64,000 nt of DNA from NCBI GenBank assembly GCA_963682135.1, contig OY821645.1, positions 1,728,001 to 1,792,000 of the forward strand, given 5' to 3'. Positions 48,051-57,660 of this stretch are shown here, one piece after another; position 1 is the stretch's first letter; each line of letters starts with the position of its first letter. The DNA comes from Methanothrix sp. Its GTDB lineage: Archaea > Halobacteriota > Methanosarcinia > Methanotrichales > Methanotrichaceae. The notes below the pieces were generated by a model. That model was not told where the DNA came from, ran no database searches, and saw only the letters and a list, made by a program, of their open reading frames with translations. The translations under genes and the position numbers were made by a program.

Positions 48051-49676
48051 CTATTGCTGATTGGCCACGATCTTGACGCTGTTCTCTGCATAAGCAGATC
48101 CAAAAGATATTGCCTCCTTATTGCCCACAGTGATGTCTTCCAATTTAACTTCATCAGACTTTTGAGAAGTGAACGCTTTAATACAAAAGTTCCCAGTGGG
48201 AAAATAGATCGTTATATCCTCCCATTTGCTTCCGTCCGGAGATATGTAGCTCTGTCCAGACGATGCAGTGGCTTTGCTCGACCATCCGGGCAGAGCATAC
48301 TCGAAAGCCAACGGATAATCGTAGCCAGACGTTGTGAACTTGACGACGACTGAGAAACGCTGCCCGGCGCTGAGCGGGACTGGGGACGCCAGTCTAACCG
48401 TGTGATATCCAACCTGGGGCATGGTGCCCTTTGGGCCGATATATTCCCTTCCGTCCATCGGGCCAGAGGTTGGATCGGTGTAGATATACACCTCGTACTG
48501 CGTATTCATGTCGTTGGTGTAGAAGCTCACTGTGGTGAGGGGATTGGCGCTGCTATCAGCAGTAAAGACATTTGCCGCCCACGCGGTTTTATCGATGTAG
48601 CCAACATTACTAACCCAGCCCAGTGGATCGTACTGGTAAATTGCAGCGTAGTTGGAAGCAGATTCGCAAGTAAACGCCGTCGCTTCCTGAAGCGAGGTGT
48701 CGTAGTAGGAGATGTAGAAGTACCCTCTGTCGCCCCACCCCTCTCCCCAGCTATTCTTCACAATAAATGCGCCATTGCCTGGCGGGGCTCCCGCGAAGCC
48801 CTTGAAGTTGGTCGCAGGATAATTGTCGTCCCATCCGACTAAGGTCACATCGTGGTTAAGACTGGTATCTTCCGGGTTGTAGTACGCCGAAGGACAGCAG
48901 GAGTAATACATATTGGCCCAATAGAATCTCACATCCAATCCGCCGTACTTCATGAGCCACCACTTGATGTTGTCGTTGTCAGTACTCGATGTCCTTTCCG
49001 GCAAAAGGTATACGTCCTGTGTGTGTTTTTGTACGGTGTACACGCTCTCTCTCGCCGAGCGCACGCTGTCGCTCGGATAAGGATCGTCGACCTCGTTCAC
49101 CGGTCCGCTCCACCGTGCAAGGTAAGCCATCGACATCCATTGATTGCCGCCCCACCACCACGGTATATCAAATCCTGAATTCATAACCAGGTTCCATTCA
49201 GAGAAATCCCATGTTTGAGCGGGAAGCAAGCAAGATTCGAGCGATCCGAAAGCGCCAAAGGCCCAGCACGTTGGGTAAGGATTCTGGTCTCTAACCGACG
49301 TGACCCTGCCAATCTTTCGAAGGTCGTATGATTCTGGGTACGGATGAGTTTGAGCGGCATATGACGCCCTTTTGCCCTTGAGGTGATTGAGATCTACGGG
49401 GCCGGGAATATATCCCAATGGATTTCCTGTGGCAGTAGTCGTTACTGTAGCCTTTCCTGCCGCCAGATTCTGTTCAAATGCGAGCCACGCAGGATTGGGT
49501 GGGGCCATTGCAGGCAAATCCGACGATTGTCCACCAACGGCTGCCTGTGACATGGATGCATTCTGTGCCTCCACCGCTGTCAACGACACAGAAAAGACCG
49601 CCACCAACATGCCGGCAATCAAAATAGCGACTAGATTGCTTTCGTTCACCTGAGATCTCTTGAGAATATCAATCAC
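48051..49676 (-). CDS. Secreted papain-family (C1A) cysteine protease with lectin-like domain and extra C-terminal tail
   Basis: PESYDLR, VRDQ..TCWAF, NHDVTLVGWDD, VKNSWG; IYQYDPLGW...NFCIKAFT domain; start codon uncertain. Confidence 0.93.
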   Translation of the reverse strand: MIDILKRSQVNESNLVAILIAGMLVAVFSVSLTAVEAQNASMSQAAVGGQSSDLPAMAPPNPAWLAFEQNLAAGKATVTTTATGNPLGYIPGPVDLNHLKGKRASYAAQTHPYPESYDLRKIGRVTSVRDQNPYPTCWAFGAFGSLESCLLPAQTWDFSEWNLVMNSGFDIPWWWGGNQWMSMAYLARWSGPVNEVDDPYPSDSVRSARESVYTVQKHTQDVYLLPERTSSTDNDNIKWWLMKYGGLDVRFYWANMYYSCCPSAYYNPEDTSLNHDVTLVGWDDNYPATNFKGFAGAPPGNGAFIVKNSWGEGWGDRGYFYISYYDTSLQEATAFTCESASNYAAIYQYDPLGWVSNVGYIDKTAWAANVFTADSSANPLTTVSFYTNDMNTQYEVYIYTDPTSGPMDGREYIGPKGTMPQVGYHTVRLASPVPLSAGQRFSVVVKFTTSGYDYPLAFEYALPGWSSKATASSGQSYISPDGSKWEDITIYFPTGNFCIKAFTSQKSDEVKLEDITVGNKEAISFGSAYAENSVKIVANQQ

Positions 49677-49880
49677 CCTTGCATCGAATATTTCATAAGG
49701 TATTCTTTAGTTATATCTATATAAAGACATGCAAATGCTGGTTAGCCAAAATGCCGATTTGCATGCAGCAACCAAGGCCTTTTGAGTCCCAGAATTGTGG
49801 CGGATTAAGTCTAACTATATTCATCAGAAAGATAAGTGAAAATAGAGATGGACTGCCGATCAGGGGCAAGGCAGTTTTTC

Positions 49881-50840
49881 TTAGGGCAGCTCGATCGTGC
49901 CCACCACCCTCAGCTTGTCGCCTTCGGGATAAGTGAGGACTGCCTTTGCTCCTGGCCGGTAGACCAGCATCTTGTCCAGCTTTAGTTTCAGCTCTGCCTT
50001 ATGCCAATCACCCTCTGCTGATGCGGCCTCGACTCTTGCCGGAACGTACTGCATCCAGTGGCCGATATGAAGGACCATTCCTTCCTTCAAAGGAGCGGGC
50101 CAGTATTTGACGATCGCTGCCTTTGCTACAATAGATGAGACCTGTTTGATGGATTTATCGTTGGTGAGAATGGTGCCCCGATCCATGTCTTCCACCTCGA
50201 TGCCCTTGAGGGCTATCCCCGTCCTTTCGCCTATACCTGCCGTGTCGAAGTCCTCATCATGCTTCTGGATGGAACGCACCTGGGCAGTCTTCTCTCCCGG
50301 CAAGACCATGAGAACGTCATGTTTCTTGATGCTCCCTTGCGCTACTGACCCCAGGACGACCGTGCCGATGCCGCGCACATTGAAGAAATGATCCACCGGC
50401 AAGGATCCAGTCGCTCTATCTTGCGGGGAAATCATCTTTCCCACATCCTCCAAGAGCCGCTCGCGCAAAACGTTTTTGTCGTCTTGCAGAAACTCATAAC
50501 CATCGACCACCGTGCCCTTGATGAAAGGAGCAATCTGCTCGCGAGAGAGATAGTTCTTCAGGACCACAATGCCCTCTTTCACGCCAATCGAATCCAGCAT
50601 GATGACCGACTCTCCAAAGGCAGGAGTTATCTGCTCTACAATCAGCAGAGCCTTCTGAGCCATGGAAACCGCGTAGAAGAGGGGCGCTAGCCTTTCCGGG
50701 TAGCGGGTCGGCTCTATGAATGTGACCGTGTTCTGTCCCTTTTTCAGGTTGTAAAATGTAAGATCGCTGCTAGTTCCCTTCTTGCCCAGCTCTTTGCCAT
50801 AGTCGAGGGACCCCAGGATCGCCACATTGAGATTCGCCAT
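49881..50840 (-). CDS. Archaeal SelB-like (SelBL) EF-Tu domain protein with degenerate G domain
   Basis: ELGKKGTSSDLTFY, VDHFFNVRGIGTVVLG, VRSIQKHD, RTGIALKG. Confidence 0.85.
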   Translation of the reverse strand: MANLNVAILGSLDYGKELGKKGTSSDLTFYNLKKGQNTVTFIEPTRYPERLAPLFYAVSMAQKALLIVEQITPAFGESVIMLDSIGVKEGIVVLKNYLSREQIAPFIKGTVVDGYEFLQDDKNVLRERLLEDVGKMISPQDRATGSLPVDHFFNVRGIGTVVLGSVAQGSIKKHDVLMVLPGEKTAQVRSIQKHDEDFDTAGIGERTGIALKGIEVEDMDRGTILTNDKSIKQVSSIVAKAAIVKYWPAPLKEGMVLHIGHWMQYVPARVEAASAEGDWHKAELKLKLDKMLVYRPGAKAVLTYPEGDKLRVVGTIELP

Positions 50841-51195
50841 ATTTATCTGAAATTATCCCTGGGATAATAGGTTTTGCGGTGGCCTAATAGCCCCTCTTTT
50901 TATAGGAGCCGGGCCGCAAATTCAAGGTTATGTGTGGAGCGGATTTGTCCGATATTGATGGAGAAATGGCCTGCAAAATGGAAGGCAATAGCAGAAAAAG
51001 TACCTGCCAAAATAAAGATCCGGGGAATGAACAGAAGAGCAAAGAAAAGAAGCCCTAACTATTTAGATATCCATTTTAAAATTATTTATTGGTATTATAT
51101 TTTTATCAGTGCAACTCCTGACCTGTTCCATCTCTTCGACGTCTTGCGCTGGCTTCATGGCACAAACGTTGTTCTTTGATCCACAACACACAATC

Positions 51196-51242
51196 TTTAA
51201 ATACAATGTACTTTTTAACTCACTATAGTACAAGATTATACA
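51196..51242 (+). promoter_or_regulatory. trp operon TATA box with TGTACA-like operator boxes
   Basis: TTTAAATA at 51196; TGTACT (51207), N14, AGTACA (51227); TATACA (51237). Confidence 0.6.
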
Positions 51243-51251
51243 TCACATCTG

Positions 51252-52286
51252 GTGATTACTTTGAGTTATCTTCAAAAGATCGTGGAAGGGCGCGACCTTT
51301 CCCTGGAGGAGGCCGAGACCCTCATGGGTGAGATCTTCAGCAGTGCCTCAGATGCCCAGATAGGTGCTTTGCTGGTTGGTTTGCGCATGAAAGGCGAATC
51401 CATTTCGGAGATTGCGGGCTTTGCCAGGAAGATGCGTTGTTCAGCCGTCTGTATCCACCCCAAGGTCAGAGGCACTTTAGTTGATACCTGCGGCACAGGA
51501 GGAGATGCTTCCAACACCATCAACGTGAGCACTGCTGCGGCCATCGTCGCTGCCGCTTGCGGCGTGCCTGTGGCCAAGCACGGAAACTATGCAGTGAGCT
51601 CGAAATGCGGAAGTGCCAATGTTCTCTCGGAATTGGGCGTCAACATCAGTCCTCAGCCAGAAGCAGTGGAGGACATGATCGAGTGCCTGGGGATAGGATT
51701 CATGCTGGCGCCCATCTTCCATCCTGCCATGAAGCGCGTAGCCCCGATTCGACGCGAACTGGGCCTGCGCACTGTCTTTAATATCCTGGGGCCTCTGACC
51801 AATCCCGCCGGAGCCAAAGCGCAGGTCATGGGGGTCTACGACCCGCAACTTTCCGAGAAGCTGGCCAGAGTCTTCCTGATGCTGGGCACAGAGAGGGCCC
51901 TGGTGGTGCACGGCATGGGCATGGATGAGATCACCAACACCGGCGAGACGATGATCTCGGAACTGAAAGACGGAATTGTGAAGAGCTACAGCCTAATGCC
52001 CCAGGATCTGGGATATCAACTGGCCAGGCCGCAAGATATCGCGGGTGGTTTGCCGGAGGAGAATGCCGGAAAGCTGGTGGCTGTGATGAGGGGTGAGCGG
52101 TCTCCTGCCCGTGATATCATAGCCATGAACGCAGGAGCTGCTATCTATGTCTGCGCAAGGGCCCCCACACTCAAAGAGGGAGCAAATATGGCAGAAGAGG
52201 CCATAGACGCCGGAAAAGCCCTGCATCTCCTGCAAAAAATGGCGGAGATGAATGGAGACCCAAAGAAGCTGGAGCGATTTTTATGA
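51252..52286 (+). CDS. trpD: Anthranilate phosphoribosyltransferase
   Basis: DTCGTGGD, NVST, KHGN, RTVFNILGPLTNP. Confidence 0.98.
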   Translation: MITLSYLQKIVEGRDLSLEEAETLMGEIFSSASDAQIGALLVGLRMKGESISEIAGFARKMRCSAVCIHPKVRGTLVDTCGTGGDASNTINVSTAAAIVAAACGVPVAKHGNYAVSSKCGSANVLSELGVNISPQPEAVEDMIECLGIGFMLAPIFHPAMKRVAPIRRELGLRTVFNILGPLTNPAGAKAQVMGVYDPQLSEKLARVFLMLGTERALVVHGMGMDEITNTGETMISELKDGIVKSYSLMPQDLGYQLARPQDIAGGLPEENAGKLVAVMRGERSPARDIIAMNAGAAIYVCARAPTLKEGANMAEEAIDAGKALHLLQKMAEMNGDPKKLERFL

Positions 52287-52924
52287 CCAGGATAAAGGTC
52301 TGTGGAATCATGGATAGTGAAGAACTCTCCCAGGCCGTCCTCGCCGGAGCGGACGGGGTAGGATTCATTGTGGAGATAGACCAGTCCAGGCATTGCCTCT
52401 GTGCAAAAGAAGCTGCAGATCTGATAAAACAGGTGCCGTTGTTCACCAAGAGCGTGGCGGTGATCGCACCGGTGGATGTAGAGAGTGCTGTAGAGCTGGC
52501 TGAGAAGACGGGAGCGGATGTGTTGCAGGTGCATGGCTCACTAAGTGCTGAGGATATGGCGAAGCTGAAGGGCAGAGTTGCTCAGAAGCTGGTAGCAACA
52601 GTCGCCTCAGACTGTAAGCTGGATGAGATCAAGGATTATGCAGCAAGTGCCGATGCCGTTCTGCTGGACACATTATCCAATGGAACGCTGGGTGGAACGG
52701 GAGCAGTTCATGATTGGAACAGAAGCGCCTACCTTGTCAAGAGCCTGAAGGTACCGGTGATATTGGCAGGCGGCCTTAATCCCAGTAACGTGGCTGCGGC
52801 TATAAGGAAGGTCGGGCCCTATGCAGTGGACGCCTCCAGCGGCCTGGAGACGGCCGGCAAGAAGGACTTGCAAAAGATATTCTCCTTTGTCAGGGAGGTG
52901 AGAGCATGTCATCTTCCCCAGTAG
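52283..52924 (+). CDS. trpF: Phosphoribosylanthranilate isomerase
   Basis: IKVCGI, LQVHG, GGTG, LAGGLNP, VDASSG. Confidence 0.97.
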   Translation: MTRIKVCGIMDSEELSQAVLAGADGVGFIVEIDQSRHCLCAKEAADLIKQVPLFTKSVAVIAPVDVESAVELAEKTGADVLQVHGSLSAEDMAKLKGRVAQKLVATVASDCKLDEIKDYAASADAVLLDTLSNGTLGGTGAVHDWNRSAYLVKSLKVPVILAGGLNPSNVAAAIRKVGPYAVDASSGLETAGKKDLQKIFSFVREVRACHLPQ

Positions 52925-54360
52925 AGCCGATTTACGTGGATGTGACCGATAAGGTGAGTGTGGACGCACCCCTCTCCCTTTACCTGGCTCTTCGGGGCAG
53001 AAGACATCCCTATCTGCTGGAGTCGGTGGAGAAGTCAGGCCAAAAGGCCAGGTTCTCCTTCGTGGGAGCAGATCCTTCCGCAGTAGTTACTGTGAAAAAC
53101 CGCTTCCTGCATATGCAGTTTTATAGCGGCGGCATGGACCACATTGAGGAGAGGCTCTCAAACTATGTGGATGTGGAAAAGAAGGGCTCGATCCTGCAGG
53201 GGCCGATTAAGGAGGGCTACGATCTCTTTGATGCCCTCCGGGCGGCCATCCCCTGCAGCAGGGGTATGCCCAATAGCTTTGGAAGGCAGGTCTTCACGGG
53301 GGGAGGGATAGGCTATCTGGCCTACGATCTGGTTAAAGAGCGCCTGGGCAGAACTTCCACATCGGATGCACCGGATGCAAAGCTGTGCCTGGCGGAGAGC
53401 ACCTTCATCTTCGACCACCTCACTCGCAAGGTCTACTTCACCATCGCTCCCATTCTGCCCGGCCCCAAGGTCAACCTGATCGAGACAATAGGCGGAATCG
53501 ACCCCGACTATGATCAGGCCGAGGACCTGAATATTGCAGGAAAAATCCTCTCCGCTGGGGGGCAGCAGCAGTATGAGGAAGCGGTACGCAAGGCAAAAGA
53601 ACACATTTTGGACGGAGACATATTCCAGATAGTATTGGCCCGATCGACCCGAATCGAGTGTCCGGACCCAGTCAAACTCTATCGGAAACTGCGCAGCATC
53701 AATCCCAGCCCCTACACCTATCTCTTCGAGTTTGACGATCTGGCAATTGTGGGAGCCTCACCTGAGACCCTCTTCAATACCTATGACAGCAAGCTGAGGG
53801 TTAATCCCATTGCCGGCACCTGTCCTCGGGGAAGGACGCGAGAAGAAGACGACAAATACGCCAAAATAATGCTGGGTGACGAAAAAGAAAGAGCGGAGCA
53901 TGTCATGCTGGTGGATCTGGGACGAAACGATGTGCGAAGCGTCTGTCGCTCCGGAACGGTGCAGGTGGACGATTTCATGTCTGTGCTCAAGTACTCCCAT
54001 GTGCAGCATATTGAGACCACCGTCTCCGGAGACCTGAGAGAGGAGTGCGACCAGTTCGATGCGGCCCGATCTGTCTTTCCGGCAGGAACACTCTCCGGAG
54101 CGCCCAAATTGCGAGCCATGGAGATCATCGACGACCTGGAAGGCGCGCCGCGGGGCATTTACGGTGGAGGAATAGGCTACTTCTCCATCGACGGCAGCTC
54201 CGACTTTGCCATAGCCATCAGAAGTGTTCTTGTCAAGGATAAGGTGGCCACAGTACAGGCTGGAGCAGGGATAGTGGCGGACTCCGATCCGGAAAAGGAA
54301 TTTCAAGAGACGGAGAGGAAGATGGCAGCCATGAAGAGGGCTTTGGGGGTGGCGGTATGA
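52906..54360 (+). CDS. trpE: Anthranilate synthase component I
   Basis: LLES, NPSPY, GASPE, EHVMLVDLGRND, PAGTLSGAPK. Confidence 0.97.
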   Translation: MSSSPVEPIYVDVTDKVSVDAPLSLYLALRGRRHPYLLESVEKSGQKARFSFVGADPSAVVTVKNRFLHMQFYSGGMDHIEERLSNYVDVEKKGSILQGPIKEGYDLFDALRAAIPCSRGMPNSFGRQVFTGGGIGYLAYDLVKERLGRTSTSDAPDAKLCLAESTFIFDHLTRKVYFTIAPILPGPKVNLIETIGGIDPDYDQAEDLNIAGKILSAGGQQQYEEAVRKAKEHILDGDIFQIVLARSTRIECPDPVKLYRKLRSINPSPYTYLFEFDDLAIVGASPETLFNTYDSKLRVNPIAGTCPRGRTREEDDKYAKIMLGDEKERAEHVMLVDLGRNDVRSVCRSGTVQVDDFMSVLKYSHVQHIETTVSGDLREECDQFDAARSVFPAGTLSGAPKLRAMEIIDDLEGAPRGIYGGGIGYFSIDGSSDFAIAIRSVLVKDKVATVQAGAGIVADSDPEKEFQETERKMAAMKRALGVAV

Positions 54361-54953
54361 ACGCCCCTGCCGTCCGACCAATTCTATTTGTGGACAACCA
54401 GGACTCCTTCGTCTGGAATCTGGTGGATTATGTCTCCCAGTTTTATGAAGAGACGGCGGTCCGGCCCAACCGCATAACATTGGCGGAGGTGGCAGCCATG
54501 CAGCCTCTGGGGATTGTAATATCTCCCGGGCCGGGCCATCCTGCCAACCCAAGGGATATCGGCAGCTGCCTGGAGATAATTAAGCATTTTGGGAATACAC
54601 CCATTTTAGGCGTATGCCTGGGTCACCAGGCTATGAACATCGCCTACGGCGGCACAATCGCCCATACCAAGCCGCTGCATGGCAAGACCTCACTGATCGA
54701 GCATGATGGACAGGGCATATTCCGTGGAGTGGAAAATCCGATCGTTGGAGGACGGTATCACTCCCTGGCAATCGAAAGATTATCCCCTGAACTTGTGGCC
54801 TGCGCCAAGACTGCGGACGGGGTGATCATGAGCGTTCGGCACAAGAGCCGGCCCCACTCTGGCCTGCAGTTTCATCCCGAGTCAGTGCTCACGCCCTCCG
54901 GCAAGAAACTGATCAGCAACTGGATCGAGGATGTAGCAGCATGCATTCGTTGA
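54357..54953 (+). CDS. trpG: Anthranilate synthase component II
   Basis: DNQDSF, SPGPG, GVCLGHQ, RYHSL, QFHPES. Confidence 0.97.
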   Translation: MNAPAVRPILFVDNQDSFVWNLVDYVSQFYEETAVRPNRITLAEVAAMQPLGIVISPGPGHPANPRDIGSCLEIIKHFGNTPILGVCLGHQAMNIAYGGTIAHTKPLHGKTSLIEHDGQGIFRGVENPIVGGRYHSLAIERLSPELVACAKTADGVIMSVRHKSRPHSGLQFHPESVLTPSGKKLISNWIEDVAACIR

Positions 54954-55672
54954 TCGATGAAATCCTGGTCGCTTCCCGAGAGCGGGGATTTGCCACTGCT
55001 GTGCCTTGGCCGAAGGCTGAGCGACGGGATTTGATCTGCTCCGCCCGCGTCATGAAGAGTCGCGGCTTTATCCCCATCATTGCCGAGATCAAGCCCAAGG
55101 CCGTTGGAAGAGCCCTTACGCCTGATGAGGTGGCGGACTATGCCGAAGCCTATGGCCGGAACAATGCCTGTGCAGTCTCCGTTCTCACCGAGCCCACCAA
55201 TTTCAAGGGCGCTCTGCAAAACGCTCTCATCGCTCGCAGAGCTGGGCTTCCCATCCTGCGAAAGGACTTCATCTTCGATGAGAGGCAACTAGGGGAAGTG
55301 CAGGCGGACCATGTGCTGCTTATAACTGCCTTGGGCATCGACCTGAACCGATTTGTGAATGCAGCCAGGGCCTATGGAATGGAGCCTTTGGTGGAAGTCC
55401 ACACCAAGGATGAGCTGGAGGCGGCACTGAAGACAGATGCCCGGATTATCGGCATCAACAACCGCAACCTGAACACGCTGGAGGTTGATTTGGGCACCTT
55501 CGAGAGGCTGGCGCCGCTGGCGAAGGAGGCCGGGGTCTTTCTGGTGGCGGAGAGCGGAGTGCACAATCATGAGGATGCCCTGCGCATGATGCGGGCAGGG
55601 GCGGATGCGCTGCTGGTGGGCACCGAGCTGATGGCAAGGCCCAAGAGGCTGGGGGAGCTGAATCGGTTCTAA
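54941..55672 (+). CDS. trpC: Indole-3-glycerol phosphate synthase
   Basis: IIAEIK, SVLTE, LRKDF, LVEVH, GINNRNL, AESG. Confidence 0.96.
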   Translation: MHSLIDEILVASRERGFATAVPWPKAERRDLICSARVMKSRGFIPIIAEIKPKAVGRALTPDEVADYAEAYGRNNACAVSVLTEPTNFKGALQNALIARRAGLPILRKDFIFDERQLGEVQADHVLLITALGIDLNRFVNAARAYGMEPLVEVHTKDELEAALKTDARIIGINNRNLNTLEVDLGTFERLAPLAKEAGVFLVAESGVHNHEDALRMMRAGADALLVGTELMARPKRLGELNRF

Positions 55673-55845
55673 TGCGCGTATCCATTGTCCTCTTTCAAGG
55701 CCTGCAGATGGACCTCTATGGCCTCTTTGCTGTTTCTCAAGGTTTCATCGATGGTCTCTCTCTGCGAATAGCAGCCAGGTAGAGCCGGAACCTCGGACCA
55801 GAAGCCGCCTTCCTCTGCCTGATGTATTAAAATTACTTTGGTCAT
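55669..55845 (-). CDS. Orphan HicB-like antitoxin
   Basis: EEGGFWSEVPALPGCYSQRETIDE..KEAI; the usual G of SQG is R; no hicA on this strand. Confidence 0.75.
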   Translation of the reverse strand: MTKVILIHQAEEGGFWSEVPALPGCYSQRETIDETLRNSKEAIEVHLQALKEDNGYAH

Positions 55846-56123
55846 TAACAATCAACATTTTCCCTGTTATGAGGGCGCATCTAAGCGGAAATCTGTAATG
55901 AATTGCATAAAACAAACATATGATGAACATTCAAGATTGATTTTCTAAAGACATCCTGGATATCATATATCTATCGCATGTATCTCAGTTCGAATAGTAT
56001 CGCCGAGAGTTCAAGCAGCAGGCCAGCAACCAGGCATGGTCGGATTTCCAGAGATCAGCTATTATCCTCAAGTGAGAGGTTACAGCGTAGGATTAAATAC
56101 CGCAAAAAGCATGTACTATCTAG

Positions 56124-56357
56124 ATGAGAACGCTTCGTTATAAAATTCAAATCAGACCGGAGACAGATGGAACGTACACGGTTATCGTCCCGTCACTTCC
56201 CGGATGTTTGACCTTCGGCGATAGCATCGAGGAAGCTATGGAGATGGCAAAGGAAGCCATTGAGGTATACATAGAAAGCCTTGCCGCCCGAGGCAAAGAG
56301 ATTCCCATTGAGGAAGATCGAATTGAGGCAACTGTAACGGTTGAAGCAAATGCCTAA
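56124..56357 (+). CDS. hicB: HicB family antitoxin
   Basis: DGTYTVIVPSLPGCLTFGDSIEEA..MAKEAI. Confidence 0.92.
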   Translation: MRTLRYKIQIRPETDGTYTVIVPSLPGCLTFGDSIEEAMEMAKEAIEVYIESLAARGKEIPIEEDRIEATVTVEANA

Positions 56358-56574
56358 GTTGCCAGCCCTGTCACCAGAGAAGTTGGCCAGAGTTCTTGAA
56401 AAGAGAGGTTTTATACTGGATAGAGTCAGGGGAAGCCATCATGCGTATTGTCATCCTGATCTAGATATCACGGTTACAATCCCATTCCATAAAAAAGAGG
56501 TCGGTAAGGGACTTCTTATCGAAATCATGAAACAGGCAGACATGACCCGAGAAGAGCTTTTAGATCTCTTGTAA
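56350..56574 (+). CDS. hicA: HicA family toxin
   Basis: LEKRGF..RVRGSH, TIPFH..EVGKGLL. Confidence 0.92.
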   Translation: MPKLPALSPEKLARVLEKRGFILDRVRGSHHAYCHPDLDITVTIPFHKKEVGKGLLIEIMKQADMTREELLDLL

Positions 56575-56793
56575 GAAGTGCAAGTCAATATCACTTGCTC
56601 TGGCTAAACTGCTATCCTTTAAAAATCAACGCTGTCCAACCCTGCCCGCCAGCTAAGCAACCGACGATAGGTTACTGGAACACAGACCTGAGATTATGCT
56701 CTTTATTACACAAGAATACATTCGTCCCGCGCTACATTGCTATATATACAAAGGCAGCCAATTCTTAACAAATAGCTATTGTAGGCGGCAAGC

Positions 56794-57615
56794 ATGGAGA
56801 AAATTTCACCCATAAGCGTCTCACTGGATACCAATGAATCCCATCGAGCCAGAGCAAAAAAGATCAAGGCTGCTATCCTCAAAGATGATCATTTCTTCCT
56901 GAATGCAGCTAAAAAGTGTCCCTTTGATCTATGCTTCCAGTGGGAAGGAAAGACCATCAATATAGAGCTTAAGGACTTCACCGGGGCAGGTGAACCCCAG
57001 AGCGACTACGTAGCCTCAATTGTCAATCAGAGCGGCCACCTTTACCAGCAAGTACTCGCCGGCCGGGAGCTACAAGATACCCTTATCATCGTGGTGCTTG
57101 GCGATGATGCTGATATTATTCAGGCCATTACGAATATCGTTATTAATAGGGGTATCAAAGGCCAAGAAGCTGAGGATAAGATAACCGAGTATATTTCTAT
57201 GGTAGAAGACTTTGAGGCCAACTGCATTGGCATGAATATTCGGATATGGAGGCTCAAGATCGATCCTTGGAAGCGAATGCTTCAAAGCGTACAAAAGATC
57301 CTGCAGGGCGGCGATCTGACCGTCTTTCGACCGAAACCGGCGGTCAATGAAAGGCAAGCGGTAGGGCTGTCCATTCTATGCGGAAAAGGCCTGGGTCCAG
57401 CGAGAGCCAATAGTATCCTGGAAGAATTCGATGTTTCATTGGTTCCAAAAAAGCCGGACAGATACCTAGACGATTGCCAGGGAATTGGCCCCAAGCTCGC
57501 TACCCTTGTTCAGGATGCTCTGTTCGTTTCTCCTGCCTGTGTGAATAGACCAAGAAGCAAGAGATCGCCAAAGTTTCAAGCAGGAAATTCTGACCATAAG
57601 TCTCCGCTATATTGA
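56794..57615 (+). CDS. ERCC4/XPF-like nuclease domain with tandem helix-hairpin-helix
   Basis: SLDTNE, D.CF, NIELK..DYVASI..GHLYQQ; GLGPARA and GIGPKLA. Confidence 0.65.
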   Translation: MEKISPISVSLDTNESHRARAKKIKAAILKDDHFFLNAAKKCPFDLCFQWEGKTINIELKDFTGAGEPQSDYVASIVNQSGHLYQQVLAGRELQDTLIIVVLGDDADIIQAITNIVINRGIKGQEAEDKITEYISMVEDFEANCIGMNIRIWRLKIDPWKRMLQSVQKILQGGDLTVFRPKPAVNERQAVGLSILCGKGLGPARANSILEEFDVSLVPKKPDRYLDDCQGIGPKLATLVQDALFVSPACVNRPRSKRSPKFQAGNSDHKSPLY

Positions 57616-57660
57616 TAAGCCTGCTACTAGGAAATAGCATTTGGCAGGATTCGACCCTTG

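Noticed and set aside
50874-51179. Trp-containing ORF as a trp leader peptide
   Set aside because: Trp codons are scattered, there is no RBS, and the ORF ends upstream of the trp TATA box
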